DNA of 64,000 bases, from the NCBI GenBank assembly GCA_964016885.1, contig OZ024741.1, forward strand, positions 412,610,001 through 412,674,000, given 5' to 3'. Below are positions 1 through 10,339 of this stretch, in pieces. Position 1 is the stretch's first letter, and every line of letters starts with the position of its first letter. The notes under the pieces were generated by a model. It did no database searches and was not told the DNA's origin. It saw nothing but the letters and a program-made list of their open reading frames with translations. This stretch comes from Eledone cirrhosa (lineage: Eukaryota). Both the position numbers and the translations under genes were made by a program.

Positions 1-244
1 GCAAAGCATGGTGTCCGACCCTCTACCGATACTGCCAATCCACCGCCATCACCAATAATAATAATAATAATGATAATAATAATGGAGGAGGTTATAGTTC
101 ACTTGAAGCATTGTGTAATGAGGTATAAACGTTTGAATATGTATAATAAAGCCAAAACAATGCAGGTATGGACATAGAAAAAAGAATGCAATTGCAAAAG
201 ATATTGTTGACAATTCGTCTTTTACCTTAGATTTATTTTAAATG

Positions 245-282
245 TCCTTAATTTTCGAGATAATATCTCTTCTTCAGAAGGA
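245..282 (-). ncRNA. Minimal type I hammerhead motif (left arm)
   Basis: Reverse complement reads TCCTT-CTGAAGA-a-GAGAT-att-ATCTC-GAAA-ATT-AAGGA: stem I, core, stem II and a palindromic AATT mini stem III. Confidence 0.7.
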
Positions 283-1599
283 AATAAAGGTCTCAAACCA
301 GCGTTCTAAATATCTTGCCAAGCCATGCTGACAGGAAATAGTATAGAGTATCTGTTCTATCTCTAATGTCAAAGAGTTAAATTAGGTGGATAAAGAGTAG
401 TCTCCCTTTAAAAGGGGTTTGTTTAGGGGTTTTTTTTTTTATATACATGCCTGTTTAAGTGTGTGGGAGAATGCATGAAGGTGTAAGTATGTGAGTGTGT
501 GTGTGTGAGTGTGAGAAGATAAGTCTATTCATAAATGTGGGGGATAGGTGTTATCTGGTGTTAGAGCTGGTTTTGTGTGTGTATGTGTGAGAGAGAATAA
601 GTGGAGGTGTAAGCGTGTGTGTGTGTGCGTGCGTGTGTGTGTGTGTGGGTGTGTGTAAATATGGGGCTAGAAGCCCTATCATGTTATAAATTGGGTGTTG
701 AGTTCTAGTCTATTATTGATTGGTGGTTGTGTTTTATCTATTATTAGTGCTTCCTTAATTCTAAGATTGCCGAGGTTTCTTTCCTTAGTTTCTATCCTAA
801 CTGTTATGGTTTTGTCGGTGTTTTTGCATTTAACTAGGTGTTTCTTAAATGAGGAAGCGTTAGTATTGAGGTGTTCTTTTATTCTTATGTGGAGTGGTAT
901 GGTGGTGCTACCTACGTAGAAGTTGTTGCATTTGTCACACTCTAGTCTGTGACAAAGAGTGTGACTAGAGTGTGACAAATGCAACAACTTCTACGTAGGT
1001 AGCACCACCAGACCACTCCACATAAGAATAAAAGAACACCTCAATACTAACGCTTCCTCATTTAAGAAACACCTAGTTAAATGCAAAAACACCGACAAAA
1101 CCATAACAGTTAGGATAGAAACTAAGGAAAGAAACCTCGGCAATCTTAGAATTAAGGAAGCACTAATTATAGATAAAACACAACCACCAATCAATAATAG
1201 ACTAGAACTCAACACCCAATTTATAACCTGATAGGGCTTCTAGCCCCATATTTACACCCCCCACACACACACGCTTACACCTCCACTTATTCTCTCTCAC
1301 ACATACACACACAAAACCAGTTCTAACACCAGATAACATCTATCCCCCACATTTACGAATAGACTTATCTTCTCACACTCACACACACACTCACATACTT
1401 ACACCTTCATGCATTCTCCCACACACTTAAACAGGCATGCATATAAAAAAAACCCTAAACAAACCCCTTTTAAAGGGAGACTACTCTTTATCCACCTAAT
1501 TTTAACTCTTTGACATTAGAGATAGAACAGATACTCTATACTATTTCCTGTCAGCATGGCTTGGCAAGATATTTAGAACGCTGGTTTGAGACCTTTATT

Positions 1600-1637
1600 T
1601 CCCTCTGAAGAAGAGATATTATCTCGAAAATTAAGGA
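1600..1637 (+). ncRNA. Minimal type I hammerhead motif (right arm)
   Basis: tccct-CTGAAGA-a-gagat-att-atctc-GAAA-att-aagga; one stem I mismatch relative to the left copy. Confidence 0.65.
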
Positions 1638-2123
1638 CATTTAAAATAAATCTAAGGTAAAAGACGAATTGTCAACAATATCTTTTGCAATTGCATTCTT
1701 TTTTCTATGTCCATACCGGCATTGTTTTAGCTTTATTATACATATTCAAACGTTTATAATAATAATAATTTATTGTAATTAATAATAGTTCAGCAACATT
1801 AATCGGATGGTGATTGCCAGTATGAAAAGTTGTTAACATGGGTGGAGTGACAGAACCATTTAATTTATTACCATGGCTATAGTGTTGACATTTCTGAATG
1901 TGATTATGTAGCCTAACTTTTACCATAAGGATTAAAACACATACAGGCACACAAGAGAGCAACATATGACATAGAGAAGAGAAGTACGTCTATTTTAGCT
2001 GTACAATTCACGAAGAGTGAAGTGGCTTCGATTTTTCTGCAGTTTCGTAAGTACAGTTATTTTTATTGATTATCTCCCTTTGCAAGTACTAAACCCTTTA
2101 GTTTCGATTTTATATATAATTGG

Positions 2124-2692
2124 ACTAGCAGAAAACCACCCGGGGGCGGTTTTCTGCTAGTCTATATATCTAAAACAGAGAATTTCTGTCTGTCTGTCAG
2201 CTCACTAAAACTTGAGAACCATCCAACCGATTGTTTTCAAACTTTAGACATGTAATACTTATGGTCCTGTGAGTGTTTTGAGCAAAAATTATTTCAATTT
2301 GTTAATGCCCTAGGGACCGCATTAGGCGATTTAGCGTTCTCTCTATATAATTATTAGTCTTTCTTTTTAGATAGATACATAGATATAACGTTGCGCCCTT
2401 ATAATATCTGTCTGTATGTCTGGCTGTCTGCATTACGTCATTATGACGCGCTCAGTGTGTGTGTGTATATATATATATGTATCGTAATGCAGACAGCAAG
2501 ACATAGCTTTCCTTCCCCTCTTCCAGCGTCTCTCTCTCTCCCTCTCGCTATCCCCCTCTTGTAGTCTGTCTCTTTCTTTCACTCTCACTCTCTCTCTCTC
2601 TATGCGTCGGACAGACAGACAGAGAAATTGCTGGTTATATATTATAAGGAGACTAGCAGAAAACCACCCGGTGGGCGGTTTTCTGCTAGCAA
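2124..2692. mobile_element. Non-autonomous Helitron-like element with terminal hairpins and inverted 5' ends
   Basis: ACTAGCAGAAAACC...GGTTTTCTGCTAG hairpin at both ends. A TC-TATATAT...(CTGT)n...AACCGATT 5'-type sequence starts at 2161 and its inverted counterpart ends near 2650. Confidence 0.6.
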
Positions 2693-2919
2693 ATCTAGTG
2701 TATATTCCTCTGTTCTCTTTTCTTTTTGCGTTCTTCTTTTTCTTTATCTATCTCTCCCTTTCTTTTCTCCACGTTCCTCTCTCTCTCTCCATCTTTTTAC
2801 TTACTCTTAACACTATGACTTACTAAAGTAAACAAACCACTATCCTGATGGCCTCCAAAAGTAACGGTCAATTTTTAAAGGGGTACGTCAATGTCTATTT
2901 ATAAAACTGTTATATATTG

Positions 2920-2984
2920 TATTTTGTCTGATGAAGGCATACCATAATGTAACTTGGTATCCTTGAAATATATATAATGAAATA
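2920..2984 (+). ncRNA. Type I hammerhead motif
   Basis: tattttgt-CTGATGA-aggcatacca..tggtatcctt-GAAA-tatata-TA-atgaaata; a homologous copy is at 52506-52566. Confidence 0.7.
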
Positions 2985-2994
2985 AATATGGTTT

Positions 2995-3041
<47 letters not shown>

Positions 3042-3284
3042 CCAAGGTTAACGTATGTTGATGGCCTAAGGACAGACAGTGGTCTGTTGGAGACGCAGAC
3101 ATGGCAGCGAGAATGGGGGCAGAGACCGCTGGAAAGAACTCGTCCATGGATCTCGGGAATTTTACCCGCCCTAGATAGATATATATAGAGATATAATTAG
3201 AATATTATTTCTCGCCCTAGCACAACTGATACTTAAATGTAAGTATGCACACGTACACACACATCATATATATATATATATACA

Positions 3285-3543
3285 CACATATATACATCTG
3301 TACGTATGGGTTATATCGAACATTAACAATAATGTTCAATTCATTTGTAAACAAACGGCCCTATTTGAAGCTATGCCGGTGACGTATCGTCAGGAACATG
3401 TTGATTGTTCCTCAAAGCCAGTGTTATTTGACCAGATGACGATAGGTCATCGACACAGCTTCAAATAGGGCCGTTTGTTTACAAACGAATCGAACATTAT
3501 TGTTAATGTTCGATATAACCCATACGTACAGATGTATATATGT
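3285..3543. repeat. Fold-back palindrome flanked by TA/CA microsatellite; related to the post-hammerhead part of the 429-nt unit
   Basis: Arms of about 105 bp (3285-3390 vs about 3436-3543). It shares the gccagtgtt...gtttgtttacaaac..cgaacattat..aatgttcg..catacgtaca layout with 4870-5005. Confidence 0.8.
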
Positions 3544-3853
3544 CTGTGATATATATATATATACATACACACACATATATACATCTGTACGTATATATAT
3601 ATATATATATTTTTTTTTTAATATCCAATTGAGTTCTTAAACACGTGGTTAAAATACCTAACAGGCTTCAATGTCCAGCGTGTATATTATTTTATATTTT
3701 ACGATGACCTCCCCTTTCCCTTTTGGGGACAGTGTGAATTTTCTTTTTGAAGGACTACTGGCTTTTCAAACTTAGCTGTCCTTCTAGCACTGACGGAGAC
3801 CATCACTAATTATTAATATCGATGTAGTTTTTTATATCGATATTGCATGGGCA

Positions 3854-3976
3854 TCCACTGATGAGTTATAAGGGCCAGCTTGTGTGTATATCTATAGATT
3901 ATATACAAGTTTCTACATAACCTGGACATTATTTATCCCAACTTGTAGAAATCTTATAACGAAACGATCGTATGGA
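3854..3976 (+). ncRNA. Type I hammerhead motif with extended stem II insertion
   Basis: tcca-CTGATGA-gttataag-[~80 nt]-cttataac-GAAA-cgatcg-TA-tgga; all three stems pair. Confidence 0.8.
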
Positions 3977-4182
3977 AAGAAAGAGAGATTTACTTAATTG
4001 TGTCTCATATAAAATAATACAACCAGCTATCACGCAATACTGTATAGTTAGCACCCCAAACACTAAATTGGGATTATACTCAGGTATATCCTAATGTTTG
4101 TTGAGTGAGATGGAGTTGGTCAGAGTATCGCTTAAAGCTTTCTCTGTTAATGTATTAAATATATATATATATATATATATAA

Positions 4183-4367
4183 CTGTTTCTACTTTAGGCA
4201 CAAGGCCAGCAATTACCCAGTGCATTACTGGTACTTTATTTTATCGACCCCGTAAGGATGAAAGGCAAAGTCAACCTCGGCGGGATTTGAACTCAGATCG
4301 TAAAGGGACGTAACTATGCTGGAAAGCATGGCGTCCGACCCTCTACCGATACTGCCAATCCACCGCC
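4183..4367 (-). mobile_element. tRNA-headed SINE, family A (many copies in window)
   Basis: Reverse complement begins GGCGGTGGATTGGCAGTATCGGTAG...GAGTTCAAATCC (A/B boxes), then the core tttcatccttacggggtcgataaaataaagtaccag. Other copies at about 1-47(-), 7375-7500(+), 7555-7745(+), 7888-8070(-), 9860-10057(-), 11774-11957(-), 15971-16192(+), 23440-23624(-), 51787-51963(+), 62400-62538(-). Confidence 0.9.
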
Positions 4368-4451
4368 CTATATAACGAAGGAAATGTGGTAAGGAACCAG
4401 GTGGACCATAACGCACCAAAGTACTCAATACTTAGGGTAGTAGAGTGGGTA

Positions 4452-4596
4452 ATAGGAACGAGTAGGACCCCCAACGGCTGAGCTCAAGCCGTTTCGACGG
4501 CTAATTCTGGACTAAAAAAGAAAAAAAAAATTTTTTTTAAATTCCAGAATTACCCGTCGAAACGACCTGAGCTCAGCCGTCGGGGTCCTACTCGTT

Positions 4597-4601
<5 letters not shown>
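4452..4601. repeat. Fold-back palindrome carrying the 3' half of a hammerhead in each arm
   Basis: Arms of about 60 bp around an A-run/T-run centre. Each arm reads outward GTC-GAAA-cg(g/a)c..gccg-T(C/T)-ggggtcc. Confidence 0.8.
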
Positions 4602-4635
<34 letters not shown>

Positions 4636-4637
<2 letters not shown>

Positions 4638-5092
4638 AATAGAATGAAACGAAATTTCATTTCTCACTCTTAGTACGGCACTTACTTAAATGTATTCTAT
4701 TCCATTTATCGTTTTCAGTGCGCCTAGCCGACTGAACTCACTCGATATGCAAATTAGGCTGCTCAGCCGTTAATATGCATAAGGAAAGTATATACTTTCA
4801 GACGTTCAACCATCTGGCAGGAAGCTATACGATGCTGACGATATCTAATAAGCTTGAAACTAGTACATCGTTTCTGTGTCAGTGTTGAACAAAAAGATAA
4901 CGTGGTTGCCTAAACACTGTACGGCGTAATTCGGGCTGTTTGTTTGTATGCAAACAAACAAACCGAACATTATAATAAATGTTCGGTAAACCGATACGTG
5001 CATATATATATGTGTGCGTGTATGTATATATACACATACTACTGTACGTCTGTATACATATATGTATGTACGTATACATACATACTTACATT
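4636..5092 (+). mobile_element. Hammerhead-containing non-coding element (429-nt unit family) with a short inverted 5' segment, in (TA)n
   Basis: Homologous to 46172-47010. 4636-4692 is inverted relative to the rest, and both sides are (TA)n. Confidence 0.85.
4830..4870 (+). ncRNA. Minimal type I hammerhead motif
   Basis: cgatg-CTGACGA-tatctaataagctt-GAAA-ctag-TA-catcg; perfect stem I and palindromic CTAG stem III. Confidence 0.8.
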
Positions 5093-5105
5093 TATATATA
5101 TATAT

Positions 5106-5238
5106 ATATCACATAAGAAATGGAGAATCAGTGTTGCGACGAATAAAATTTATCGTTTCTCTGGCGACCAGCTCGATTGTAATATGTCTAATAAATTTTA
5201 TTCGTCGCAACACTGATTCTCCGTTTCTTATGTGATAT
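5106..5238. repeat. Fold-back palindrome (about 48-bp arms) with a partial hammerhead
   Basis: atatcacataagaaa...aaaatttat / ataaatttt...tttcttatgtgatat. The minus strand reads ctgg-tcg-ccag-a-GAAA-cga-taaattttat-tcg-TC-gcaac. Confidence 0.8.
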
Positions 5239-5316
5239 CATACTCTGCTCTGTAAGAGCATCGAGTGCTCAAACGGCCTACCGTTTACGGACGCTTTAAC
5301 CATCCCACACCATGAC

Positions 5317-5369
<53 letters not shown>

Positions 5370-5486
5370 GATATACACACATTTTCATATGTATATGTAT
5401 GTGTGATATCCGCCTTAACATGTTTTGCTCTATGACCGAAAGAATTAAAATAATTCAATAATCAGAGATATTTATCAAATTAAAAA

Positions 5487-6006
5487 TACGAGGAATTAAT
5501 ACACAAAAATATACCTTCTTTTTCTTCAAAGTCCCGACTGCAGTTTCGCCGAATCCGTTTGCAGCAATTTATACTCTGTAGAAGTGCACCATCGCTGTGA
5601 GGTTGATAAGGCCTATCAAGAGACACCGCAAAAAAGATTTGTTTCTTGAGGAGTTCGTAACAAGTGAGAAATTCTTGAAAGTCGCAGGGAGAAATTAACA
5701 CGTGTTACAGTATCACAGAAGGGTAGTAAAGGTGGACAATAAGTGAGTACCGTATTTGCTAGAAAAAGCAGTTAGCACACGCCTGGTTAACTCGACCATA
5801 AGGGAGTTTGGGACAATATAATAATGATATATACCCATATATACCCCGAACGCGTCAAGAAACAGTCCCTTTTGAGGTGTCTCTTGATAAGTTTTATCAA
5901 CCTCACAGCGATGGTACACTTCTATAGAGCATAAATTTCTGCAATCGTATTCGGCGAAACTGCAGTCGGGTCTTTGAAGAAAAAATAGGTATATTATTTC
6001 CTCGTG
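5487..6006. repeat. Diverged fold-back palindrome (about 160-bp arms, about 190-bp spacer) with hammerhead 3' halves
   Basis: 5487-5658 vs 5846-6006 are inverted. Each arm has ggc-GAAA-ctgcag-TC-ggg. Confidence 0.75.
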
Positions 6007-6050
<44 letters not shown>

Positions 6051-6360
6051 CGTATTTTAATTTTGTCAGTTATATAGCATAATGTGAACAAGTCCAGCTG
6101 GTTACATGTTTATTTAAGCGATAACATAATTATAATAACTGTTTTGATACGAAATCATCTGAAACAGTCATAATTCTACAGTTTGAAGCTTTGTATCATA
6201 ATTTATTTATATCTACCTAAAAACGTTTCGTCATAATTCTGCGTAAGAATGTTTTTATGTTGTGTTCTAAACACCATTGAGAAAGTTAGTTATATTACTG
6301 AATCTCTCAAAAGTCCTGATTACTAAATACTTATATATATGAAAATCATAGATAAATTCT

Positions 6361-6858
6361 TTCATTAGAAATATAGTAATTAATGAAAGGGTTAAAGACA
6401 TAGACAGTGTCTTACATTAGAAATATGGTAATGAAAGGGTTAAACAACATAGACAGTGTCTTACATTAGAAATATGGTAATGAAAGGGTTAAATAACATA
6501 GACACTGTCTTACATTAGAAATATGGTAATGAAAGGGTTAAACAACATAGACAGTGTCTTTCATTAGAAATATGGTAATGGAAGGGTTAAACAATATAGA
6601 CAGTGTCTTACATTAGAAATATGGTAATGGAAGGGTTAAACAACATAGACAGTGTCTTACATTAGAAATATGGTAATGAAAGGGTTAAAGACATAGACAG
6701 TGTCTTACATTAGAAATATTGTAATGAAAGGGTTAAACAACATAGACAGTGTCTGACATTAGAAATATGGTAATGAAAGGGTTAAATAATATAGACAGTG
6801 TCTTTCATTAGAAATATGGTAATGAAAGGGTTAAACAACATAGACAGTGTTTTTCATT
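6361..6858 (+). repeat. 49-bp tandem minisatellite, about 10 copies
   Basis: Unit CATTAGAAATATGGTAATGAAAGGGTTAAACAACATAGACAGTGTCTTA; there are no unique spacers. Confidence 0.95.
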
Positions 6859-6975
6859 TTATATAAAGGAGTTAAAAAATAAGACGTCACAAGTTTTCAG
6901 AAATTTATTTATTTATTTAAAAATATATTTATACATTTTAAATGGGAAGATAAAGGAAAGAAAAGTCAACTCACC

Positions 6976-8420
6976 GAGCCTCTCGGACACCCCCCCCTAC
7001 CCTTGCCAGACAAGACTCCCACACCTACCACACAAAATCCTCACCTCTGCCTGAAAAAATTTCACCCCTACCGGTCAAAACCCGCGCACCAAAAACTCCA
7101 TCCGAACCCAATAACACCCCCCCCATACCGAACAAAATCCTCACCCAGACCGGACAAAACCCCTACACCTACCGGGCAAAACCCACACTCTTATCAGAAA
7201 AAATCTTTACCCCTACCATACAAAACATCGCATAGTAAAAAGTTTGAATCCGATTTGAAGCTTGTCTCTATTTGTCTTATTAATTTCATTTAACATCTTA
7301 ACCTCATGTGTGATCTGTATAGTAAATGACTTTGTGTGATTTACACAGTTGTTATTATTAGTGAAGTGATAACGGGGAGTGGGGTGACAGAAACGCTTGA
7401 GCGTTGGACAAAATGCTTTGTGGTAATTTGTTTCAGCTTCTGAGTTCAAATCTTACCGAGGTCATCTTTGTCTTTCTTCTTTTCGGGATCAATAAAATAC
7501 TCTACTAATTGCTGGAATTGTAACAACATTTGAAATTATTGTTAGTGAAGTTGTAGAGGATGGTAGATTGGCAGTACCGATAAATTATAAGATGTCTCGT
7601 GGGATTTACTGACATTTACGTTCCGAGATTAACTTTGCTTTCAGCTTTCTGGGGTCAATAAAATAAAGTACCAATCACATTCTGGAGTCGGTTTAATCGA
7701 CGTTCCCTCACCCCACAAACTGCAGGCCTTTTGTCTAAATTAGAAGCGATTATCAGTGAAGTTGTACAGTTAAACAACAATTAATATATCTCCAAATGGT
7801 CTTACCTCATTATAGAAACAATTGGCAGCAATAAAAAAAATATATTTTATCGTGGTTAAGTTTGCCAAGTAAATTACACTTTATAATTGTTTCTACTTTT
7901 GACACAAGACCAGCAATTATCCCAGTGAATTACTGGTACTTTATTTTATCGACCCTGTAAGGATGAAAGGAAAAGTTAACCTCGACGGGATTTGAACTCA
8001 GACTGTAAAGGGACGTTACTATGCTAGAAAGCATGTCGTCCAACCCTCTACCGATACTGCCAATTCACCACTTTATAATGTTATGCTATTAGAAAATGTA
8101 GATCTATTACTGCTATATATATAGTTAACTCTGTAGGGTTTTATCTGGTGGGGGATTTTGTCCGGTGGGAATTTTGACCTGGAGTTTTTATCTGGAGATT
8201 TGTTCAGCGGGGCTTCCACCAGGAAGAGCGTTTGTGTAATACAGTTTTGTCCAATGTGGTTTTATCTGTTAGGGATTTTGTCCATTACGGTGCTTATCCG
8301 GTGGAGTTTTTGTCTGGTGGAGTTTTTGTCTTGTGGAGTTTTGTCTGGCGGAGGTTTTGTCCGGTGGAATTTTTGTCTGGTGGAGTTTTTGTCCAGTGCA
8401 GATGTTGTCCGAATGGTCTC
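6976..8420. mobile_element. Fold-back DNA element with subterminal ~15-bp tandem repeats (Phantom/MULE-like architecture), with nested SINEs
   Basis: The left arm has ccggacaaaa(c/t)cc-type repeats (6976-7230) and the right arm has gg(a/g)ttttgtccgg repeats (8134-8420). Termini gagcctctcggaca / tgtccgaatggtctc. Confidence 0.55.
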
Positions 8421-10339
8421 TGGTTTACATCCGATGATTGACATTGTTTTATTTCTATCCAAAATGTCTTTGATGTCAGATTTGAAGTCTAAGAAATTCT
8501 TTAGTATTTCTACCATTATCAGATTTAGTGTTTCAGAAACCTGTTTGTGTTGCAGAAAATCTGTATTTTTGATTGCTGAACCCAACGACACTCCTTTAAA
8601 AATAAATGAAAAATATTAAAAGAAACAAATATGAAATACATTAACTTCTTAATAAAAAGAGATTTAAAGTTTTAAATCCATAACTAAAGTGACAAATCAA
8701 TTTTAGTAATATATTTCAAAAATCAATGCATATCTTAATCTTTAAATGGATATATTTCACATTCAAATAAATATTTCAAAGTTTAAAATACATAAATTTA
8801 AGATGTAAATAAAACTTCTCAATGATCTCTGGACTACATTTTAACTTTTAACACCCAACAATGATTTCATAGAGAATATCTAAAACTGGTTTGTTAATTC
8901 AATTGTTTATAATATCGCCACTTGTGGACAATTTGTTGCTTATATTTGCACTAAATTAACCTAAATATTTTAGTTTTAAATGTAATAGCGATGTTTTATA
9001 ATTTTCAAGAATCTCTTGTTGATGTAGTTTCATGTGGTACAGGATGTTAAGAGTTAATAACCACTGATTTAGACTATGTATAACTGGCCAACCTGCAATT
9101 GTGGACATGGAAAGTATTGGTCACACGCCTCTAAGTAATATAGTGGTACAACCTAAACAAAAAGTCCTCAATATCAGCTACACCTTATTCAAATGTCGAG
9201 GGAGCGGTTACCATAATGAGAGGGTAGATAAGATTATTTGGGCATTATATAGAAGAAAGATAGGTCAACACAGGATGGGGCCAATTGGAACCAGCTTGAG
9301 GGAGGTCACCTGCACCCCACAGCTGGTGCTGGTTAGGGGGAAGGTCTTATTTATCTTGCAGTGGGCAAACATGATGATGATGATCATCATCATCATTATC
9401 ATCATCATCATCATCATCATAGCAGCACCGTCTGCATACATATTGATGATAAACTAAACAGGTTATATCTCATATCTACGTCATCACACCTCTGTAGATT
9501 TAAACTTTTCAGTAATTACTTCAACTGGTTTTGGTAGAATATAAACCAATCCTTCACTTAATAAACACGGCTTTAGTTTTTGATTGTGTTTCGTCCTTGT
9601 CAAATGCAGACACACAACGATGTGGTGATAGCTAGTACCTCGTGCTCACCACATAATTACCCGTGAATCTGTGTGTGTGTGTGTTGGACCTCTGTCGGTT
9701 TCGGCGATGAGTATTCCAGTTGTATGATCAATGGCACAGCCTCCTAGTGATATTAACCTACAAAATATTGAGCACTCCACAGACTGTAGTGTAGGGATTC
9801 TAAGCCCTGAAGGTTCAGCTTATAAGCTTAACTTTTGGACGAAGACTCCATATAATAATGGTTTCTTATATAGGCACAAGGCCAGCAATTTTGGGGGAGG
9901 GGAAAGTCGATTAAATCGACCCCAGTGCGTGACTGGTACTTTATTTTATCGACCCCGTAGGGATGAAAGTCAAAGTTAACCTCGGCGGGGCTTGAACTCA
10001 GATCATAAAGGGCCATAACTCTATGCCTCAAAGAATGGCGTCCGACCTTCTACCGAATAGACATACATATGAGGGCTCCAATTAATGCCAATTTTGCTCA
10101 ATGAAGGAATTAATAAGAATCAATTAGTCAAAGTATAATAAAAATTATATTTGGGAAAAGCAAACAAGATAAAGAAAAATTTACGTAATTAAATTGAGCA
10201 AAATTGGTATTGGTTGAACTCGGGCCGTAAATGGACGTAACTCTATTCTGCAAAGCATGGCGTCAGATCCCTCTAATAATAACTAAACCCACGTTTAAAG
10301 AGAATACAAAAGATAGAACTAATGGGAACTCTCCATATA

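Larger units (their letters stand above)
124..1758. mobile_element. Head-to-head palindrome of two Penelope-like 3' ends (GIY-YIG C-terminus + 3' UTR + hammerhead)
   Basis: 124-947 is the reverse complement of 963-1758 apart from scattered substitutions and (CA)n length. Both arms encode CDKCNNFYVGSTT...RIKEH...IKEAL...PPIN (GIY-YIG), at 679-947 (-) and 963-1231 (+). Confidence 0.9.

Noticed and set aside
695-1215. Twin 74-aa hydrophobic ORFs
   Set aside because: Antisense frames of the GIY-YIG fragment in the palindrome arms.
6361-6858. CRISPR-like regular array
   Set aside because: Units are contiguous with no unique spacers, there are no cas genes, and the context is eukaryotic; it is a minisatellite.
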